DNA of 51,148 bases from Lentisphaeria bacterium. Lineage in GTDB: Bacteria; Verrucomicrobiota; Lentisphaeria; JABSQK01; CAJWLW01. The stretch lies in contig CAUZJQ010000002.1 of assembly GCA_963580095.1 (NCBI GenBank), positions 1 to 51,148 of the forward strand. Reading direction: 5' to 3'. Under the pieces are notes generated by a model, which was not told where the DNA came from, did not search any database, and was given only the letters and a program-made list of their open reading frames with translations. Numbering within the stretch: position 1 is the stretch's first letter; each line of letters begins with the position of its first letter. The translations under genes and the position numbers were made by a program. This document shows positions 18,606-27,417 of the stretch, piece after piece.

Positions 18606-19073
18606 TCAGATCAGCAGGGCACAGTTGTCCTGGAACAAGTGCCGGGATGGGAACTGCCGGATCAAGGCCGAATGGTAGGCCCCGGCAGTCGACTGGAAGA
18701 GAGGCGGATCTTCAACATGGAAAAAAGTGTCGATGGCCGCAGCTCTATACCCGCAGACGCGGCAGGGGGCCGTCTGCTGCGCGGTGTAGCCTGACATCTC
18801 GCCCAAGCGGCGGCAACAGGACGTCGTCAGAATGTCCGGCGTCACAACCGTGACAGCAGTCGATGCGGAAGCGGCACAACAACTTTCCTGGTCGCCACCC
18901 TCTTCGACAGCCGCGGCGGGCGCAAGTGAGCATACCCCGCAGGATTGAACGCTGAAGGTCCCCTGATACGGGCAAATGACCCAGCCTACGCCTTGCGGGA
19001 GTATGCAGACCGCCATCAGGATGAGGATCATCGATGCTGAATGTATGTACTTCATTCTCTTAAAGTGGTGCAT
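18606..19073 (-). CDS. Small Cys-rich exported protein, unknown function
   Basis: The N-terminus MHHFKRMKYIHSASMILILMAVCIL is signal-like. It has 11 Cys, including two SCC pairs and CRVCG. Start choice (19073 or 19055) is uncertain and the SD is weak. Confidence 0.45.
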   Translation of the reverse strand: MHHFKRMKYIHSASMILILMAVCILPQGVGWVICPYQGTFSVQSCGVCSLAPAAAVEEGGDQESCCAASASTAVTVVTPDILTTSCCRRLGEMSGYTAQQTAPCRVCGYRAAAIDTFFHVEDPPLFQSTAGAYHSALIRQFPSRHLFQDNCALLI

Positions 19074-19285
19074 GAACTTTCCGATGTCAAGAATACAGGC
19101 CCCTCCAGACAACGCCCCGGGAAACCTTCGATTACCCGTCTGCCATTGCCATTGATGGCGCAACATTCGGACCATCACCACGTAATCCCTCCGGGAAACG
19201 GAGATTATTCAACTTCTGCAATCACATGAATTGCTGCAGATGCCAGGTCGAGGCCGCAATGCTGCTCGCGAGCGCGCTCAACTGT

Positions 19286-19702
19286 TCACTGGCTGCAATC
19301 GGAGCCGGCGTGCCATTTGAGGCGAATGGTGGAATGCTTCGGAGGTATCGAAGCAAAGGGCGTGGAGAATTTGATGAAGTCCGGCACGCGTTTTCGCGCC
19401 TCGATACGGCGGAGCTTGACCAACTTTGCAGCAAACTCGTTGCCACTCCGCTCGCGGATCGTGATATGGAGATGGCCCGCATCCACACCTTCCCCCGGGC
19501 GCCTCGGACGAACCGACCCCGCCACCGTCAAAGCGCCGTTTTCTTCCCAGGCGGATCCCCAGAGTTTGACCTCGCGATTCTGGCTAAGCCGCATCTTGAG
19601 ATCTCCTGATTTCTCAAGATTGCGTCGCGTGACACAACTTGTCAGCAGCAGGCTGAGCCCGATCATGCCAAAACACATGTACGTCGTCTTTCGCATTCTC
19701 AT
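19286..19702 (-). CDS. Hypothetical lipoprotein
   Basis: MRMRKTTYMCFGMIGLSLLLTSC carries a lipobox. There is no SD. Mirror ORFs on the plus strand lack any such signal. Confidence 0.4.
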   Translation of the reverse strand: MRMRKTTYMCFGMIGLSLLLTSCVTRRNLEKSGDLKMRLSQNREVKLWGSAWEENGALTVAGSVRPRRPGEGVDAGHLHITIRERSGNEFAAKLVKLRRIEARKRVPDFIKFSTPFASIPPKHSTIRLKWHAGSDCSQ

Positions 19703-20330
19703 ACGTCACCGTGTGGAATAGAGTGGTATTGTTACGAGCAGAAATTACGAACAGAATTCCGCATTTCAATCTGCCAGGCGAGATCCCGTGATACCTCTTC
19801 CCTGTCGTTGTCAGTCAACGCGCACCCGTTTCCTTGCGGCAGCGCCCCATTATTTAACTCTATATCTTGCAATGCAATCCATACGATTATCAAATTATCT
19901 GTGTTCGCGCACTGCCAGCAACCTAATCCTGATGCCAACCAACATTCCCTGCATCTGTCGTTTCACCACCTGATCCCGGTTTTATATCACCTGGTCATGC
20001 CAAAGGCGCGCTTCATCACTTTTTATGAAATTGCACCGCTATGCACCGATAACAGGGGAAGTACGATTGCCCTAACTTTATTATTTATCCACCAGCCATT
20101 TTGTATTTAACAAATCGCTGTCACATCCTCCGGTTTTTTCCATGAGGCTGAATAGTAAAAACCGTCACCATCTATACCATCTTCAATAATACGGAACACT
20201 GCTTCTCGCAGTGCCTTTATCTGTTGCTTCGCTGATTAGCTTCGGACTAATCCAATAGCCGCCATCCCAATAAGGAGCTATGTCTTCTTCGTCAGGAGTG
20301 AATAGTTTTTCTTTATATCCACCGCCTACC

Positions 20331-21521
20331 CTAATTGTAATCGATCGGAGTATTGGCCCATTTGATAGTTTTCCCCTGCGCAAACCTTTTGAATCTGAAA
20401 ACTTCTAAATCCTGTGGATAAGTGTCCTTGGCAATGAAAGCAGCCATACGTTTCCCGACCCAGGGAGAAGTAGAAAATCCTCCACCGCTAAAACCGATCG
20501 CATAGTAAAGGCCCTCTATGGTCTCCGCCTTATCGAGTATGGGCATTTGGTCGGGTGTGACGTCATAGGTACAGGCATAGGTTCGGTGGACGAATCCTTC
20601 TTTCATGAAAGGCAGCGTAATCAGTAAATTCTTGTGCATTTCGTCGATTGAATGAAAGTTCGCCGTCTGTTTATAACTGTCAGGATCGATCGGATTCCCG
20701 TATTTCTGGTAATAAAGATCCTCTCTACGACCGACAAATAATTGGCGATCTCCTTCCGGACGCATGTATAGATTTGCTCTTGAATCGAAGATGATTCGAC
20801 GGAACTTGTCTTTTGAACCCGGTCCGACTTGGAAAAAACCCATTTCCGCGATATGGGGGCGTACGGGAACATTTATCCCAAGCTTTGCGAGCTGCGGTTG
20901 CCCCCAAACCGAGGTCGCAATAAGAATTTTAGGGGCATTAAAGTCTCCCGATGCAGTTTTAACACCCGATACTTTATCTTCATTTACCCGTATATCTCCA
21001 ACTTCACAGCCTTCAACAATTCTCACACCCGATTTTTTGGCGGCGAGGGACAAGGCATAGGTTGCTGACATCGGATCTACATAAAGGCCACCGGGTTCAT
21101 AAACAAATACTGCATCGTCTTCCGTACCCAATCCAGGTTGTAGCTCTTCTGCCTCTTCAGCATCAATCTGCTTCAAATCACAGCCCGCGCTTCTCGCTAC
21201 CTTTATCGTATCTTCAATATGTCCCAGAAGAGAGGCTTTACCCACCAGGATATATCCGATGTGATTAACATCAATGGGAATAGAAAAACGTTCTTCAAAG
21301 GCCTGAAAGAATGCTTGCCCTTCTAGTTGTGTTTCCGAAACTGTTGGGTCACTTACTGTCCCTCGGATAACGCCTGCTGCACGGCCGGATTGACCCGATC
21401 CGATATAGTGTCGTTCCAATATTAAAACATCTTTGACCCCTATTTCTTTGAGATGCAAAGCCGTGCTCAATCCGGTTACTCCGCCACCTACAATTATTAC
21501 ATCTGAATGTTGCTTCATCAC
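20331..21521 (-). CDS. FAD-dependent oxidoreductase (DAO family; sarcosine oxidase beta / D-amino-acid oxidase-like)
   Basis: The N-terminal dinucleotide fold is DVIIVGGGVTGLSTALHL. The 396-aa length and DAO-like organisation fit. The gene is visibly AT-richer than its surroundings. Confidence 0.9.
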   Translation of the reverse strand: MMKQHSDVIIVGGGVTGLSTALHLKEIGVKDVLILERHYIGSGQSGRAAGVIRGTVSDPTVSETQLEGQAFFQAFEERFSIPIDVNHIGYILVGKASLLGHIEDTIKVARSAGCDLKQIDAEEAEELQPGLGTEDDAVFVYEPGGLYVDPMSATYALSLAAKKSGVRIVEGCEVGDIRVNEDKVSGVKTASGDFNAPKILIATSVWGQPQLAKLGINVPVRPHIAEMGFFQVGPGSKDKFRRIIFDSRANLYMRPEGDRQLFVGRREDLYYQKYGNPIDPDSYKQTANFHSIDEMHKNLLITLPFMKEGFVHRTYACTYDVTPDQMPILDKAETIEGLYYAIGFSGGGFSTSPWVGKRMAAFIAKDTYPQDLEVFRFKRFAQGKTIKWANTPIDYN

Positions 21522-22072
21522 TCTCTTAAATCACTAGTTTATTTTCCATAACCATGGCGCGTGCGTGCGTCATGGTGTCGGCCAGCGGCTTCTCTCCAGG
21601 GACAGGGCAGCCATGTTTCAATGCCGTCATCTTGACACTCTGATGCGCCTCCGGCGAAAAGGCCCAGCCAACAGTCCGGCCCAGGGTGTGTCACCCAAGT
21701 AATGGGCGCCAATTTTGAGCAGCGACCATAGCACTATTGCGACAGCACCGCCCCACCAGATCGGCAGCCAGACAAACAGCGATGTCAACAAGAATCCAGC
21801 CCCTTGCCAATCCGGGGATCGCACGCCACTGACGCGCCATCGGTACGAGCGCGCCAACGACCGTCCGGACATGATCGAGGCCCACCTGCTGCAATGCATG
21901 CGACTATGATTCAATGAACAGCATCGCGAAAACCAGAGTCGCGAAGTCGAAGCCGAGCCGGCAACCAGCACATGCTCCGTATGAAAACACCTGCTGACTC
22001 GCAGCGGCAACGGTATAATGGCGCCAAGAATCGCTGGACGATGAGGATAGCGAAGCCAGTGAACAACTCGGC

Positions 22073-23050
22073 CTAAACCTCGGCGACCAGACTGTCGTAG
22101 TACTTCGCGTAGTCGTCGCGGTCATCCGTCTTCAACACAGCGATGGCAGTTCGCGGGTGTTCGTTGAGCTGGCCGGTGATGTTGTACGGCACCAGTGCGC
22201 CCCAGTCAAGAGTGTCCTGCAACGGATTGACATGTTCCGCCAGGAAATCGTAGATCGGTCGAATGTGGAATTTCGGGTTACGCAGGAAGCCGATGAGCAA
22301 CTCGGTCGGGCAGTTGCCGGCACCGCGGCCGAGCCCCATCATCGTTGAGTCCAACCGGTTGGCTCCCGTGACAAGTGCCTCGATCGTGTTGGCGAAGGCC
22401 AGTTGTTGATTGTTGTGGGCGTGGATACCCACTTCCTTGCCGACGTCTTTCATGGCATTCTGGTACTTCTCCACCAGGTAGCGGATCTGCTCATGGTACA
22501 AGGCACCATAACTGTCGACGACAACGACGGTGTCAACCGGCGTTTCTGTCAGCGTTTCCAGACACTGGTCGATCTCGGCTTCTGAGACTGTCGAAATCGC
22601 CATGATGTTGCAGGCAGTCTCGTAGCCCTTGTCATGCGCGTCCTTGATCATATCGACCGCCGTCGGAAGCTGGTGTGCGTAGGTCGCGACACGGATGACA
22701 TCCAGCACACTGTCGTCTTTCGGGAGAATGTCGACCTTATAGTCGGTTTTTTCCGCATCAGCCATGGCGGACAGTTTGAGCGGCGAATCGTTATCGCCGA
22801 CAATCCGGCGGATATCGTCCTCGTCACTGAACTTCCAATCGCCGAAAGCATCGCGGGAAAAGAGGCCCTTCGATCCCTTGTACCCGACTTCCATGTAATC
22901 GATGCCTGCATCGATGCAGGTCTGATAAACGCCTTTGACAAACGAATCATCGAAGAAATGATCGTTGATCAGGCCGCCGTCGCGCACGGTGCAATCCAGC
23001 ACTTTTATATCCGAACGGAAAGTTATCCAGGGTGCCAGCTTCTCTTTCAT
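22073..23050 (-). CDS. HMGL-like / DRE-TIM metallolyase family aldolase-type protein
   Basis: Contains LDCTVRDGG, IDYMEVGY and GIHAHNN(Q) motifs, which are characteristic of the pyruvate-carboxyltransferase/HMGL-like fold. Confidence 0.85.
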   Translation of the reverse strand: MKEKLAPWITFRSDIKVLDCTVRDGGLINDHFFDDSFVKGVYQTCIDAGIDYMEVGYKGSKGLFSRDAFGDWKFSDEDDIRRIVGDNDSPLKLSAMADAEKTDYKVDILPKDDSVLDVIRVATYAHQLPTAVDMIKDAHDKGYETACNIMAISTVSEAEIDQCLETLTETPVDTVVVVDSYGALYHEQIRYLVEKYQNAMKDVGKEVGIHAHNNQQLAFANTIEALVTGANRLDSTMMGLGRGAGNCPTELLIGFLRNPKFHIRPIYDFLAEHVNPLQDTLDWGALVPYNITGQLNEHPRTAIAVLKTDDRDDYAKYYDSLVAEV

Positions 23051-23069
23051 TTGAGAATCTCAACTTGAG
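23051..23069. promoter_or_regulatory. Overlapping short palindromes TTGAG-AAT-CTCAA-C-TTGAG abutting the aldolase start codon
   Basis: Read directly from the sequence. They occupy the position where an SD would be. Confidence 0.25.
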
Positions 23070-23278
23070 TTATACGTCGGGCAAATTCTAAACTACGCCC
23101 ACAACGGAATATGTCGAGTGCTGACGGGCATTTGGCGCATGCGTGAAGTTGCGTCTCCCAGGTGCCTACGCCGGATCGTTGATCACACACTACTCCCACA
23201 CCGACTGTCTTTGCAATCTGTTACATCCCCCTAAGCCGGCAGCTGCAACCAGAGTAGTCTCAACAGTTCAGCGCCTCG

Positions 23279-23620
23279 GTGGGCGTGTCGCTGCTGATCG
23301 TTGCCGCCATTCTTCCTGCCGCACATGGCGTCATTCACGGCAATGGTCACAGCCACGGGCATGAGCAAGAACACCCGTGCGGCGCGTGTCCCGTCGGTCC
23401 ATCAGTCGAACTGCCGGGGCATCATCATTCGCCTCATGCCGCGGACGAATGTCCGACCTGCAACTTCTTCGGCGCGGCGTTGAGTGCCGACGGGGGGACG
23501 GTCCTGGCCGAAGCGGTTGAGGTTGCACCTTCCTCCCGATTTCGCCAGACCTGGAGGTCTGGGAACTCGCGCCAGCCCCAGGCGCGCGGCCCACCCACCT
23601 GGCTTCCTCTTCCCTGCTAA
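23279..23620 (+). CDS. Small His/Cys-rich putative exported metal-binding protein
   Basis: It has a GTG start and a hydrophobic N-terminus VGVSLLIVAAILPAAHG. This is followed by HGNGHSHGHEQEHPCGACP, then GHHHSPHAADECPTCNFF. Start and extent are uncertain. Confidence 0.45.
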   Translation: MGVSLLIVAAILPAAHGVIHGNGHSHGHEQEHPCGACPVGPSVELPGHHHSPHAADECPTCNFFGAALSADGGTVLAEAVEVAPSSRFRQTWRSGNSRQPQARGPPTWLPLPC

Positions 23621-23744
23621 ACCACACGATATCACAAGGCCGCCCACGACCTGACGGCCGTTGATGTGGTCTTCGTAAAAGTCGTCGTCCGACTTTCGGC
23701 ACGAACGCATTCCGGTAAGTTCCCACCTATGAAGGAGTCTGTCC

Positions 23745-24701
23745 ATGAAATCTCTGATGAGACAAGCAGTTGCAGTCGTATTGAATCTTTGCGTTGTTAT
23801 TCACCCCGCACTTGGAGATCCCTTGAGAGTTGATCAGGGGGACTCCCATTGGCGAATCACAGGAGACGACGACGACCACCACCACCACCACCACGATATT
23901 TGGAATGACCCACAGCCTCTCGGGTTATCACTTACAGACAGTTGGCTGGCCCCATGGCCACATACCCATTTCAGCCGGCAAGGTACACCCTTTGTTCACG
24001 GATTTGGACTGGAGCCTGCCTATCTGGATCGTGATCTGTTTTTGCATTTCGCATTCCACCGGGAGAAGGATGAAGTGGAGTTCGAAACAGAAATCGAGCT
24101 CGAATGGGCACTGACGCGGAGGCTGGGAGTCGTCGTTGAAGCGCCATTCATTCAAAGCAATCCTGATGTCGGAGACACGGATTCCGGATTCGGAGATATG
24201 GCTATCGCTCCCCGCGCGTTGCTGTATGAAGGTGAAAAGTTTCTGCTTTCCGCGAATTTCGAGATCAGTCTGCCAACCGGTGACGAAAGCCGCGGCTTTG
24301 GCGGCGAAGAAGTGGGACTGGCTCCTTCAATCTCAACCTGGCTCGATCTGAGCCATCGGACAGCGCTCATGACACAGATCGGTTATGAGGCCGGAACAGA
24401 ATCCGGAGATTCCGAGATATTCTATTCTGCTGCGGTCACACATTCACTACGAGCAGGCACGAGAAGCACGAAACATGATTGCCAACATTTTCCGGCGGGT
24501 ATGGTGAATCTGATCTTGGAATTTTCCGGGCGAACTGGGTTGCATGGCGAAGAAGACGGTGAAAGCAGTGTGGACCTTCTTTTCGGATCGAGTATTTTGT
24601 TGAGTCCGAGTTGGGAACTTCGCGGCGCCTATCAGTTTCCAGTCGTGGGTGATACCGATTTTGAAGATGCGGTCATATTCGGCATGATCTATCATTTTTA
24701 A
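23745..24701 (+). CDS. Outer-membrane beta-barrel protein (MetA-pathway/transporter-like family) with an N-terminal DDDDHHHHHH tract
   Basis: GAAGGAG lies 8 nt upstream of the ATG. A signal peptide is present. The sequence has alternating amphipathic beta-strand character. The C-terminus GMIYHF ends in Phe, as in OMPs. The FGDM and PTGD motifs recall PF13557-type barrels (from memory). Confidence 0.75.
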   Translation: MKSLMRQAVAVVLNLCVVIHPALGDPLRVDQGDSHWRITGDDDDHHHHHHDIWNDPQPLGLSLTDSWLAPWPHTHFSRQGTPFVHGFGLEPAYLDRDLFLHFAFHREKDEVEFETEIELEWALTRRLGVVVEAPFIQSNPDVGDTDSGFGDMAIAPRALLYEGEKFLLSANFEISLPTGDESRGFGGEEVGLAPSISTWLDLSHRTALMTQIGYEAGTESGDSEIFYSAAVTHSLRAGTRSTKHDCQHFPAGMVNLILEFSGRTGLHGEEDGESSVDLLFGSSILLSPSWELRGAYQFPVVGDTDFEDAVIFGMIYHF

Positions 24702-24878
24702 CAAACACCCCAACTGCTGCAACGCGTCGACAACCAGGACGGTCCACCGAATGCGGAACGTGCTGACGCGCGCCCGCCTCGGTGACCCTACTGTTGTGCA
24801 TATGAATGTGAAATAAGCTCTGACAATCGTCGAGATGCTGGAGACAGGCCATTCGGGACAGCCCACTGACAATCCCTG

Positions 24879-24907
24879 TTGCAACGAAGTACTGTTTGTG
24901 GTAATCT
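24879..24907 (+). promoter_or_regulatory. Candidate sigma70-type promoter TTGCAA-17 nt-TAATCT placed for a leaderless or near-leaderless transcript
   Basis: The -10 element ends 7 nt before the ATG at 24915. No SD lies between them. Confidence 0.35.
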
Positions 24908-24914
24908 AAACGGC

Positions 24915-25736
24915 ATGAAAAATAGCCTCTCGAGATTCACCCTTATCGAACTTCTCGTCGTAATCGCTATCATTGCCATCCTCGCATCGATGCTTTTGCC
25001 GGCGCTCGGGAAGGCAAAGCGCACGGCGAAGGCCGTGCTGTGCCTGAATAACCAGCACCAGATCGGCCGGGCCCTGGCCCTCTACGCCAGCGATAACGAT
25101 GGCTTTTTTGCGCTTTATGCCGAGGGCGAAATTTTCGGCGGCACGCAGCAATATCTCAATAAAAACCTGATGTGGGGGCAGGAGGACACCGTCTGGCAGG
25201 AAAACGATCCGCGCAAAATGAATTCCTACCTCGGCGTCAGCGGCACTCCCGGACCGTCACCGAGCGGGCCAAGTACACCTGGGCCGGATTCGAGCCGCTG
25301 GTCCGGCGTCACCAAGTGTCCGTTCGATGAAGGATACAATCCGGGTTGTGAGCTGGCCGGGGGCTGGAGATACATGGACGGTCCGTTCTGGTGGGTGTAC
25401 GGCTCCAGCTATCTGTATAATGTCATGGTCCTGGATCCGACCGGGCCGGATTTTTGGGGCGGCGGTTGGCAGGGCTACAGGGTTCTGGCCGAACGGCGTT
25501 TTTCGAGTATCGGTAATCCGTCAAGATTAGTCATGTTGTCCGACTACGCCCGGATGTATGCTGAATTCTTCAACTGGCCCGATGTCAACTACTTAGACGA
25601 TACGCGCGGTCATGGCATACCCGAAGGAAATTACACCATGAACGTCACCTTCGTCGACGGGCACGTGGCCAAGACGCGGGTCTTCGAGCCGCCGAACCAG
25701 TACGTCAACAGCGATTACAGCTTGATAGACGAGTGA
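24915..25736 (+). CDS. Prepilin-type N-terminal cleavage/methylation domain protein (type II secretion pseudopilin-like, DUF1559-like class)
   Basis: The N-terminus is [35 protein letters not shown]. The C-terminal region contains NVTFVDGHV. Confidence 0.9.
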   Translation: MKNSLSRFTLIELLVVIAIIAILASMLLPALGKAKRTAKAVLCLNNQHQIGRALALYASDNDGFFALYAEGEIFGGTQQYLNKNLMWGQEDTVWQENDPRKMNSYLGVSGTPGPSPSGPSTPGPDSSRWSGVTKCPFDEGYNPGCELAGGWRYMDGPFWWVYGSSYLYNVMVLDPTGPDFWGGGWQGYRVLAERRFSSIGNPSRLVMLSDYARMYAEFFNWPDVNYLDDTRGHGIPEGNYTMNVTFVDGHVAKTRVFEPPNQYVNSDYSLIDE

Positions 25737-26287
25737 TCGCCGCTGGGCCCGCCGCATGATTGCATTTTCCGGCAGCGAACGTGTATGGTAGCGACGTGAA
25801 AATGCATTTCGCATCAGTCGTGATCCTGGGGCTGCGTGAGGTCGAGGCGGACATTGGGCTGGGACAGCCCATGCAATGAACGGGCGCGGAGATCGGATCT
25901 GCGCATCCGGAACCGATTGGCTCGAGGCGCTTTCTCAGGATGAAGGAGGAGATCTCTGCTGGTGAGAACGTTCGATCCCCCACCTCGATAGTTTCTCCCG
26001 TGCCCATTTTCCGCTTGACCTCTTCAACAACAAATGCCGGTTCGTCGTCTCGGTGCAGGGGCAGGCTAGCAGATCGCCGTTGGCCAGGCGGGTGAGGCCG
26101 GTTTTGTACATGCCGCGCGGCCCGATGTGGGAGCGCCGGGCAGGCTGGCGCGTCCAGCGGCAGATCTCGTTTTGGTCCAGGCCGGTGAATCCTGCCAGGT
26201 ACGCGGCGTACCTGGTGTAGTCCGGGGCTCCGGCATTGCGGGTCCGGGCGAAGATTGTTACTGATAAACTGATAGCAATTGACACAG

Positions 26288-26845
26288 ATGACTGACAATC
26301 CGTACCACGCACCAGAGCCTGCGGCGTGCAGCCAAGACCGTAACGCACAGAAACGTATGCTGGTGATGAAGGCCGTGTCATACATTTTTACGACCATTAT
26401 CATCCTGATATTGGGCGTGATTTGCAACGCAATTTATGCCACCTACCATCCGGGGGACGGCTGGACATTCATTGTCAACAGTCTCTGCTATGCCGGTGCA
26501 CTACCCGGGATGCTTATCCCGTACTACATTTTTCTCACTAAGGCCGGCCGGCTTCGCTCACTCGGTTTTTGTTCGGCGCTGATTGTCGGGAGTACGTATC
26601 CTGTTGCCCTTGGCGGACTGACCCTCCTTGGGTATCGTGTTGGACTCGATATGACTTGGGACAAATTGGTCGAGAGTTTTCCGGGTTGGCTACTGCTTGC
26701 TACAATTGTACTCATTCCCGGTATCCTATTGCCTTGGCTGGCGGTCCGTGTTGATCGTGCGCTGTTTGGTGAATTCAAAGAACCACAACATGACGATGGA
26801 GAGGGACGGAGTTCCGCTGCCGCTTCACTCCGTCCCTCATCGTAG
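26288..26845 (+). CDS. Polytopic membrane protein, unknown function
   Basis: It begins MTDNPYHAPEP and has 4-5 hydrophobic helices. The ATG at 26288 is preferred over the track TTG at 26279. Confidence 0.6.
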   Translation: MTDNPYHAPEPAACSQDRNAQKRMLVMKAVSYIFTTIIILILGVICNAIYATYHPGDGWTFIVNSLCYAGALPGMLIPYYIFLTKAGRLRSLGFCSALIVGSTYPVALGGLTLLGYRVGLDMTWDKLVESFPGWLLLATIVLIPGILLPWLAVRVDRALFGEFKEPQHDDGEGRSSAAASLRPSS

Positions 26846-26998
26846 ACGTTAGGTGTAATTAGAGCATAAAAATCTATGATGAAATCAGAAAATAAAATAC
26901 TGCTTAATGAAATCTTGAAACATTCGTTCAACGGTCAGGTGCTGGGCGACAAGTAACCGGGGAGATGCGACAAATGCCCAACTTGGCGCCTCGACGGA

Positions 26999-27409
26999 CT
27001 ATTCGAACTTCAAAAACACCGCGCGCTTCTGACCGGGAAGGGCAAAATCGAAGCCGCAACTGCGAAAGACCGATTCGGAGGCTGTGATCGCCATCAGTTC
27101 GGCGACCTCCAACTCCTTTGCCCGCTCGACACAATGCTCGACCAAGGCTTGCCCGATACCCTGCCCCTGAAACTCTGCCGCCACACCCAACGCCTGAATT
27201 TCCGCCAGTTTGCGTGAGTACACCTCGATCGCGGCAAAGCCAATAACACGTTCCCCATTTACCGCAACGAACCCGTGCTCCGCCAGGTGCAATAGTTGCT
27301 TGTCGGTGCGGTCGAGCAGTTGCAACTCCATTACAAAGGGGGCAAGCAAAGCCTCAATACCCTCAATGTCGGCATCGGTCGCAACACGGATGGTCGTATC
27401 ATCGTTCAT
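26999..27409 (-). CDS. GNAT-family N-acetyltransferase
   Basis: The acetyl-CoA motif is LGVAAEFQGQGIGQALVEHCVERA. The length is 136 aa. Confidence 0.9.
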   Translation of the reverse strand: MNDDTTIRVATDADIEGIEALLAPFVMELQLLDRTDKQLLHLAEHGFVAVNGERVIGFAAIEVYSRKLAEIQALGVAAEFQGQGIGQALVEHCVERAKELEVAELMAITASESVFRSCGFDFALPGQKRAVFLKFE

Positions 27410-27417
27410 CGCGGCGA

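Noticed and set aside
19226-19721. Plus-strand ORFs (127 and 134 aa) overlapping the hypothetical lipoprotein gene.
   Set aside because: They have no signal or motif. The minus-strand frame has a proper lipobox and matches the orientation of the whole 19.7-kb block. Even so, the lipoprotein call itself is only moderate confidence.
25705-26427. 240-aa and 148-aa minus-strand ORFs as real genes.
   Set aside because: They are mostly low-complexity Pro/Arg/Ala/Cys sequence. They overlap the better-supported plus-strand membrane-protein start. Only a short Hsp70-like segment looks meaningful, and it is reported as a possible relic instead.
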